NCBI GenBank assembly: GCA_014879855.1
Contig: JACSRH010000261.1
Coordinates: 27-64,026 of the forward strand
From: Caldilineaceae bacterium
GTDB taxonomy: Bacteria > Chloroflexota > Anaerolineae > Caldilineales > Caldilineaceae
Direction: 5' to 3'
DNA length: 64,000 nucleotides
Position numbers and translations under genes: made by a program. The number at the start of each line of letters is the position of its first letter. Positions within the stretch are counted from its first letter, which is position 1. The notes beneath the pieces are model-generated. The model ran no database searches, was not told the origin of the DNA, and saw nothing but the letters and a program-made list of their open reading frames with translations. This document shows positions 49,206 to 64,000 of this stretch, piece after piece.

Positions 49206-49913
49206 ATGCGACACAACACAGTCAACCAGGTTTCTCGAGTATTTCTTATCCTCTTGTTAGTGACAATGGCGGCGATGGCGCTCATCATCGCTCAGGCGAT
49301 GGGTTTTGGGCTGCCTGACGCCAGCGGGATGAAACCACAACGCCTCGTCGGCGCCGCGTGGAATCGCCAAGTCGCCCTCATCAGCGGCCACGCCGGCAAC
49401 GATTCGGGCGCGGTCTGCGAGGACGCCGACGGCGCGGTGCTGGTGACCGAGGCGGCGATCAACGCCAACATCGCCGACCTGGTCGCAGCACGCTTACGCC
49501 ATGCCGGCGCCGACGTTGTCATTCTGGACGAATATGACGCGCGGCTGCAAGGGCTGCACGCGGCGGTGCTCGTCAGCCTGCACGCCGATAGCTGCATCGA
49601 TGCTTCGGGTTACAAGGCGGCCGTCCATGCTTATTCCCTGATTCCGGCTACCAGCGACCGGCTGTTGGCCTGTATCGACCAGACCTATCCAGCCGCCACC
49701 GGCCTGCCGCATCATCCCAACACTGTCACCCACAACATGACCGAATATCACGCCTTCAAGCGCATCGACCCGCAGACGCCGGCCGCCATTGTGGAACTCG
49801 GCTTTCTGGGCGGGGACCGCGCCCTGCTTGTTGATCAGCCCGAACTCGCGGCCAAGGGCGTGGCCGACGGCATCTTGTGCTTTCTGGAAGGCGAAAAGGA
49901 AAGAGCGCCATGA
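49206..49913 (+). CDS. N-acetylmuramoyl-L-alanine amidase (Amidase_3), membrane-anchored
   Basis: Zn ligands ISGHAG, TEAAIN, SLHAD and catalytic IVELGFL; N-terminal TM helix. Confidence 0.85.
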   Translation: MRHNTVNQVSRVFLILLLVTMAAMALIIAQAMGFGLPDASGMKPQRLVGAAWNRQVALISGHAGNDSGAVCEDADGAVLVTEAAINANIADLVAARLRHAGADVVILDEYDARLQGLHAAVLVSLHADSCIDASGYKAAVHAYSLIPATSDRLLACIDQTYPAATGLPHHPNTVTHNMTEYHAFKRIDPQTPAAIVELGFLGGDRALLVDQPELAAKGVADGILCFLEGEKERAP

Positions 49914-50887
49914 GTCATGCCATTGAAGCTGCTATCGTTGCCCTCGATCCAGCCACAACCGCGTTGGCGCCTGTTCTCACAGGATTTACTGACCTGTGGA
50001 ACGAAGCCCTGGGACCGACAATGCCCATCTCATCTCCTTTTGTTCAGTACAATCTGCAACCGTCAACCGGTGTGGTGCGACGCCTCTTTGTGGCGGAAGC
50101 GGACGGGCGCATGGTCGGCGCGGCGCTGGCAACCGCGCTCCACGGCGAGCCGCTGGTCACGGAGCATGGCGAGGGCTGGGTGGACGCGCTGGTAGTCGCA
50201 CCGGCTGTGCAGCGACGGGGATTGGGGCGGCGGCTGCTTGATGAGGCTGAACGCTGGCTTGCAGCGCAAGACTGCCGCTCCGTCCAGATTGGCGGTGGGC
50301 TGCGCCCATTCGCGCCAGGTGCGCCGCAAGCCAGCGGTGTGGCCGATTTTTTCACGTGCAGTGGATACACGGCGTTTGAGGTGGTCTGGGATATGGCGGC
50401 GAACCTGGCCGCTTACACGCCGCCGGCGCTGCGCGAGGCGCCCTGCACGGTGGCCCCGGCAACCGCGCGCCACGCGGACGATCTGCTCGCCTTTCTGCGA
50501 CGCGAGTTTCCCGGTCGCTGGCGCTACGAAGCGGAGATGTTGCTGGCCGGCAACGGGCGTCTCGCCGACTTCATGCTGTTGTGGACCGCGCGCGGCGTCG
50601 ATGGCTGTTGCCTGCTGACATTTCCCGACTCGCACCATCCGATCGAACGCTTCTATCCTTACCAACTGCCAAAGCCGTGGGGGCAGCTTGGCTCGATCGG
50701 CGTCAGCGCCGATTGTCGCGGGCAGGGCTTTGGCGCGGCGCTGCTGGACGCTGGCCTGCGCCGGCTGCACAACAATGGCATCAACGGCTGCGTGATCGAC
50801 TGGACCACCCTGGTCGATTTCTATGGCAAATTTGGCTTCGAGCGTTATCGAGCGTACGTCATGTTGGGGCGCACGCTGCCTACATAG
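49910..50887 (+). CDS. Tandem-GNAT acetyltransferase
   Basis: Two acetyl-CoA motifs, VQRRGLGRRLL and CRGQGFGAALL; FYGKFGF; ATGA overlap with the amidase. Confidence 0.85.
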   Translation: MSHAIEAAIVALDPATTALAPVLTGFTDLWNEALGPTMPISSPFVQYNLQPSTGVVRRLFVAEADGRMVGAALATALHGEPLVTEHGEGWVDALVVAPAVQRRGLGRRLLDEAERWLAAQDCRSVQIGGGLRPFAPGAPQASGVADFFTCSGYTAFEVVWDMAANLAAYTPPALREAPCTVAPATARHADDLLAFLRREFPGRWRYEAEMLLAGNGRLADFMLLWTARGVDGCCLLTFPDSHHPIERFYPYQLPKPWGQLGSIGVSADCRGQGFGAALLDAGLRRLHNNGINGCVIDWTTLVDFYGKFGFERYRAYVMLGRTLPT

Positions 50888-50946
50888 TCTGGCAATCGCA
50901 CGCCGGAATTTGATGCAAGAGCAATGACGATTGAGGATGGGTCAAC

Positions 50947-53070
50947 ATGGCTGTAGACGGCAAACATAGCAGCGATCCAGTACGCGGCATGAGCTTTCCC
51001 ATTGGCGCCACCATCCTGCCCGATGGGGTGAATTTCTCGGTGTATTCACGCCATGCCACCGCGCTGGAGCTTCTGCTGTTTGATCATGTGGACGCGGCCG
51101 CGCCTGCACACATCATCCATTTCGACCCTCAGTACAATCGCACCTTCTCTTACTGGCACCTATTTGTCCCTGGCATCCGCGCCGGGCAGATTTACGGCTT
51201 GCGCGCTCACGGCCCTTATGAACCGCTGCTCGGCATGCGGTTTGACCCCGCTAAGGTGTTGCTTGACCCATATGGCCGCGGCGTCGCTGTGCCGAAAAAG
51301 TATAGCCGCAAAGCCGCTTGTATGCCCGGCGATAACACACTGCAAGCCATGAAAAGCGTAATCGTTGATGTCAGCCGTTACGACTGGGAAGATGATGCAC
51401 CCCTTCGCCGGTCGTTTGACGACACGATCATCTACGAAATGCATGTGCGTGGGTTCACCCGCAATCCTAATTCGGGTGTGGCGTCGCAAAAACGCGGCAC
51501 CTATGCCGGCTTGATCGAAAAGATTCCATACCTTCAATCGCTCGGCATCACGGCCGTTGAACTGCTGCCCATCTTTCAATTTGACCCGCAGGACGCGCCA
51601 GAGGGTCACGTCAATTACTGGGGTTACAGCCCGGTCTCATTTTTTGCGCCGCACGTTCAATACAGCATGAGTGGCGACCCCGTAGCCGCGGTGGACGAAT
51701 TCCGCGACATGGTCAAGGCGTTGCATCGCGCCGACATCGAGGTGATCCTGGATGTCGTTTACAATCACACGGCTGAAGATGACGAAAAAGGGCCAACCTA
51801 TTCTTTCCGCGGGCTTGAAAACGAAGCGTATTATATTTTGGATCGCGACCGCGCACACTATGCCAATTACAGCGGCACCGGCAACACCCTCAACAGCAAC
51901 CACGCCATGGTGCGCCGGCTGATCCTCGACAGTCTTCACTTTTGGGTCGAGAAAATGCACGTCGATGGCTTTCGCTTTGATCTGGCCGCCATTCTCTCGC
52001 GCGACGAGCATGGCGCGCCGTTGGCTAACCCGCCGATCTTGTGGGACATCGAGACTGATCCGGTGCTGGCCGGCGTCAAACTGATCGCCGAAGCCTGGGA
52101 TGCGGCCGGATTGTATCAGGTCGGCAGCTTTCTCGGCGACCATTGGAAGGAGTGGAACGGCCGCTTTCGCGACGACATCCGTGCGTTTGTCAAGAGCGAT
52201 CCAGGCATGGTCGAAGAGGTGGCGTCGCGCTTTTTTGCCAGCCCCGATCTCTACGGCGCCGAAAATCTCGGCCCCGAACAGAGCATCAATTTCGTCACCT
52301 GTCACGATGGCTTCACGCTAAACGACTTGGTTTCTTATAATCAGAAACACAACTGGGAGAACGGTGAAGAAAATCGTGATGGCTCTAACGACAACCTTAG
52401 CTGGAATTGCGGGGTCGAAGGGCCGACCGAAGATCGAGAGATCGAGCAGTTGCGACAGCGGCAGATCAAGAACTTTTTCGCCATCACCCTGTTATCGCTT
52501 GGCGTCCCGATGCTGCTGATGGGCGATGAAGTGCGCCGCACACAGCACGGCAACAATAACGGCTACTGCCAGGACAATGAGATCGCTTGGTTTGATTGGG
52601 CGCTCTGTGATCGTTACGCGGATATGCATAAATTCGTAAGAAAATTGGTGAAATTCCGCAGAGAATTGAGCATATTCCACGATGGGCATGGGCTTAGCCT
52701 GACCGAGCTGCTCCATTTTGCGCGCATCGAGTGGCATGGCGTTGAACTCTTTAATCCTGACAAGAGCAACGATTCGCGCAGTTTGGCGCTCACCTTCCGC
52801 GGGGCAAGCGAGGCGTTTCATGTCATGGCGAATTTCTACTGGGAGCCACTGGACTTTGCCCTGCCGCCGCCGCCGCGACGCAGCCCGACAGGTTGGCGGC
52901 GGGTGCTCGACACGGGGTTATCGTCGCCCGAAGATTTCTGTTTACTTGTCGATGCTCCGCCCGTATCCGGTGAACGCTATCAGGTTGGCCCGCGCACAGT
53001 CGTGCTGTTGGCAACAGAGATGCAGACGTTGCCCCCGCAGCCTATCCCCATGCTGCCAGGCTCGCGATGA
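50947..53070 (+). CDS. glgX: Glycogen debranching enzyme GlgX (isoamylase)
   Basis: NYWGYSP, DVVYNHT, VDGFRFDLA, IAEAWD, VTCHDGFTL, QHGNNNGYCQDN. Confidence 0.95.
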   Translation: MAVDGKHSSDPVRGMSFPIGATILPDGVNFSVYSRHATALELLLFDHVDAAAPAHIIHFDPQYNRTFSYWHLFVPGIRAGQIYGLRAHGPYEPLLGMRFDPAKVLLDPYGRGVAVPKKYSRKAACMPGDNTLQAMKSVIVDVSRYDWEDDAPLRRSFDDTIIYEMHVRGFTRNPNSGVASQKRGTYAGLIEKIPYLQSLGITAVELLPIFQFDPQDAPEGHVNYWGYSPVSFFAPHVQYSMSGDPVAAVDEFRDMVKALHRADIEVILDVVYNHTAEDDEKGPTYSFRGLENEAYYILDRDRAHYANYSGTGNTLNSNHAMVRRLILDSLHFWVEKMHVDGFRFDLAAILSRDEHGAPLANPPILWDIETDPVLAGVKLIAEAWDAAGLYQVGSFLGDHWKEWNGRFRDDIRAFVKSDPGMVEEVASRFFASPDLYGAENLGPEQSINFVTCHDGFTLNDLVSYNQKHNWENGEENRDGSNDNLSWNCGVEGPTEDREIEQLRQRQIKNFFAITLLSLGVPMLLMGDEVRRTQHGNNNGYCQDNEIAWFDWALCDRYADMHKFVRKLVKFRRELSIFHDGHGLSLTELLHFARIEWHGVELFNPDKSNDSRSLALTFRGASEAFHVMANFYWEPLDFALPPPPRRSPTGWRRVLDTGLSSPEDFCLLVDAPPVSGERYQVGPRTVVLLATEMQTLPPQPIPMLPGSR

Positions 53071-53079
53071 GCCACGCGC

Positions 53080-53135
53080 AGAGGGCGCAGCGCCGCAACG
53101 GGTGCAATCCCTGTAGTTGCGGCGCTGCGCCCTCT
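53080..53135. terminator. 20-bp perfect GC-rich hairpin between convergent glgX and rpoC
   Basis: agagggcgcagcgccgcaac / 16-nt loop / gttgcggcgctgcgccctct. Confidence 0.7.
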
Positions 53136-53172
53136 TGATCAGGCGCGCGGTATGGCGTCGTCCAGGTTCAGA

Positions 53173-57801
<4,629 letters not shown>

Positions 57802-57811
57802 AAGTTATCTC

Positions 57812-61741
<3,930 letters not shown>

Positions 61742-62315
61742 GTAATCCAGCTCCTTGATTGGCCTAAAAATGGCAATAAGACACCCGAGCAGAAAGTGCT
61801 CAGCTTCCGCATCGCTGCGAGCTGTCGACTTTCTACATCTCGGTGCCTTTAACTTGACACAACTGTTTCAGACGTATATCGGTTGTACAAAATAAAAAAT
61901 CAGGTGATAAATGGAGCGGAGACCCAGAATACTTTCTTCCCAGCCCATTATCCACCTGAACTCCTGCCTGCAAAATTTAACAATCCCGACAATCCGACCG
62001 ACATCATGTCGAATGTCGTAACCGTGAAGATTACTGGATCGAGCGCAAACTGTCAAATTGCAGACGCTCAAAAACATCACAAATCCTGTCTGCGCATAAC
62101 AAAGAGAATTCTACTCGCATCCAGCGCTTAAAACCGTAGCGTACATTACGGTTTTCCAGCGACTTTTCATCACAAGCAGCCATTGCCATTCATCTCCAAT
62201 TCACCAACACAACCCACCACGACAGTGACACAAACTCAGGGAAGAAGACCCGCAAAGGCGACCTGTTTTATCCCAAGTTTCCAAAATCAATTTCCAAACT
62301 CATTCAATTTGCCAC

Positions 62316-62344
62316 TAGACAAGCTTGGGTTTTTGCTCTATAAT
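62316..62344 (+). promoter_or_regulatory. sigma70-type promoter of the mraZ/dcw cluster
   Basis: TAGACA (62316-62321), 17-bp spacer, TATAAT (62339-62344). Confidence 0.75.
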
Positions 62345-62369
62345 GTGGGTCGATGTGGGTTGATGTGGG
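62344..62369 (+). promoter_or_regulatory. MraZ-binding direct repeats
   Basis: TGTGGG x3 with exact 10-bp period (62344, 62354, 62364) over the predicted transcription start; matches the known (G)TGGG-type MraZ repeats. Confidence 0.75.
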
Positions 62370-62475
62370 AGAAAATATTACCAATCGCCCTATCGCTGGC
62401 GGAAAAGTGGGAGAGATCTCACCAGGAACGCCAGTTGGGATATGCGAGTTGCCTGTTGTTCGGGGTGTTTACTAT

Positions 62476-62549
62476 GTAATGAATGGTGCGTAGTGCGTAC
62501 ATACTTGCCGCACCAAGTATGAATTTACGCATTGCGCATCATTCATTAC
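62476..62549 (+). other. 74-nt RNA stem-loop in the mraZ leader
   Basis: 24-bp outer stem with three G-U pairs, 4-nt bulge, 8-bp inner stem, 6-nt loop. Confidence 0.65.
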
Positions 62550-62620
62550 GGCCCGAAATGGCTTCTTTGTGATGAGCAAGTCAATGAGCAACAGGTTCTC
62601 AAGACAACGGCGCAATCAAC

Positions 62621-63055
62621 ATGTTTCTTGGCGAGTACACCCATTCACTAGATGCCAAAGGACGTTTGACCATTCCCGCAAAATTTCGGAATGAGCTCGC
62701 GGTTGGCATGGTGGTGACTCGCAATCCAGCAGATAATTGCTTGCTGCTTTTCCCACAGGATGAATGGGAGCGGCTGGCGGATAAAGTGAGCGCACTGCCT
62801 TTGACTGACGCGCGCTCCGCCGCGTTTCGCCGAGTGTTCTTTAGCGCCGCTGAGGATCTTCAGCCCGATGGACAGGGGCGAATTTTGCTGAGCCAGCGCC
62901 TGCGCGACTACGCAACCATCGAAAGTGACGTAGTGGTGGCAGGCATGAACAAATTCATCGAGTTGTGGCATCCTGCATTGTGGGAGGAAAAGGTAGTCGG
63001 CGAAATCACCAGCGCTGACTTTTCGAGCGATTTCTTTAGCACCTTAAGCCTATAA
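62621..63055 (+). CDS. mraZ: Division/cell wall cluster transcriptional repressor MraZ
   Basis: MFLGEYTHSLDAKGRLTIPAKFR, DGQGRILL, IELW. Confidence 0.95.
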   Translation: MFLGEYTHSLDAKGRLTIPAKFRNELAVGMVVTRNPADNCLLLFPQDEWERLADKVSALPLTDARSAAFRRVFFSAAEDLQPDGQGRILLSQRLRDYATIESDVVVAGMNKFIELWHPALWEEKVVGEITSADFSSDFFSTLSL

Positions 63056-63056
63056 A

Positions 63057-64000
63057 ATGGAAGATCGCCTGCCCATTGCCGCAGACCCGGCCGGCGCGCA
63101 CCACATGCCGGTGCTGTTGTCCCAGGTGCTCAACGGACTTGCCGTCCGGCCCAGCGCCTGGATGATTGACTGCACCACAGGCGGCGGCGGCCATACTGAA
63201 GCGCTGTTGACCAGATCGGCGCCTGACGGTCGTGTGTTAGGAATAGATGCGGACCCCGCAGCTATCCGGCGCGTCTCAGTGCGTTTGGCCGACTCCATCG
63301 CTTCCCAGCGTCTCGTCCTCCATCATGGGGATTTTGCTCGCCTGGAAGAAACGGCGTCAGCCTACGCATTTGCCCCAGTTGACGGCGTTCTGTTGGATCT
63401 TGGGGTGAGCAGTTTTCAGTTGCAGACGTCGGAGCGGGGCTTTTCTTTTTCGCAGCCTGGCCCTCTGGATATGCGCTTCGATCCTGCCCAGCCATTGAGC
63501 GCCGCTGATATTGTCAATGATTGGGAGGAGCGCGACCTGGCGGACATCATCTTTCGCTACGGCGAAGAGCCGCAAAGCCGGCGGATTGCTCGCTATCTGG
63601 TAAAGCACCGCCCCTTTGCAACGACTGCACAGCTAGCAGAAGCGATCGAGCAGGCGGTTGGTGGGCGACGAGGGAGCCGCCTGCACCCAGCGACTCGCAC
63701 CTTTCAGGCGCTGCGCATCGTCGTCAATCAGGAACTGGCGCAGATCGAGGGCGTTCTGCCCCAGGCGTTGAACTTGTTAAAACCCGGTGGGCGACTGGCA
63801 GTGATCAGCTTTCACAGCCTTGAAGATCGCATCGTCAAGCATTGGATGCAAAACGAAGCGCGCACTTACGTTCCTGACCCAGCCCGGCTGCACGGCGGAT
63901 ACAACCGGCAGCCAACCCTGCGGATCCTCACCAAAAAACCTGTCGTCCCTGACGAGGGCGAGGTGAGCCGCAACCCACGCAGCCGCTCGGCCAAGCTCCG
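63057..64000 (+). CDS. rsmH: 16S rRNA m4C1402 methyltransferase RsmH (runs off the window edge)
   Basis: HMPVLL, DCTTGGGGHT, DLGVSSFQL, PLDMRFD, TRTFQALRI, ISFHSLEDRIVK, NPRSRSAKL. Confidence 0.95.
   Translation, partial: MEDRLPIAADPAGAHHMPVLLSQVLNGLAVRPSAWMIDCTTGGGGHTEALLTRSAPDGRVLGIDADPAAIRRVSVRLADSIASQRLVLHHGDFARLEETASAYAFAPVDGVLLDLGVSSFQLQTSERGFSFSQPGPLDMRFDPAQPLSAADIVNDWEERDLADIIFRYGEEPQSRRIARYLVKHRPFATTAQLAEAIEQAVGGRRGSRLHPATRTFQALRIVVNQELAQIEGVLPQALNLLKPGGRLAVISFHSLEDRIVKHWMQNEARTYVPDPARLHGGYNRQPTLRILTKKPVVPDEGEVSRNPRSRSAKL

Noticed and set aside
53100-53115. Loop gggtgcaatccctgta, resembling a cobalamin-riboswitch or T-loop motif
   Set aside because: Enclosed in a simple hairpin downstream of two convergent genes, with no other riboswitch elements and no position in a 5' leader.
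61868-62479. Short ORFs in the rpoB-mraZ intergenic region (61883-62131, 61868-62080, 62183-62479)
   Set aside because: No recognisable motifs or RBS, AT-rich composition, and overlap with promoter and MraZ sites.

Overview
Core-genome segment of a high-GC bacterium, most likely Chloroflexota (Caldilineae/Anaerolineae-like). This is inferred from the large RpoB/RpoC inserts, the FLPIV motif in a surface protein and the small conserved membrane ORFs. About 53 CDS, left to right: rsmD; an AT-rich two-gene islet; a cofactor salvage/repair run (pncC, nnrE, thiN); prs-bactofilin-tpx-plsY; a dihydroxyacetone/glycerol cluster (dhaKL, glpK, a DhaM-HPr-EI triple fusion, glpABC, panE-like); a Liv-type ABC transporter with two binding proteins and an FAD oxidase; coaE-dnaJ-prmA-rsmE; trxB-murJ; a B12 acyl-CoA mutase large subunit with isobutyryl-CoA-mutase residues; an AT-rich type II R-M pair; mccB; amidase-GNAT; glgX; rpoBC; and the start of the dcw cluster (mraZ-rsmH). 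No tRNA, rRNA, CRISPR array, integrase or transposase was seen. Most unusual: (1) a domain resembling the RNA polymerase alpha CTD inserted inside RpoC, which also has a long acidic tail; (2) three families of small intergenic hairpin/inverted-repeat elements; (3) a G-U-compensated 74-nt hairpin in the mraZ leader; (4) several enzymes with altered catalytic motifs. All assignments come from motif recognition by eye, with reference motifs and residue numbers recalled from memory; no searches were run.
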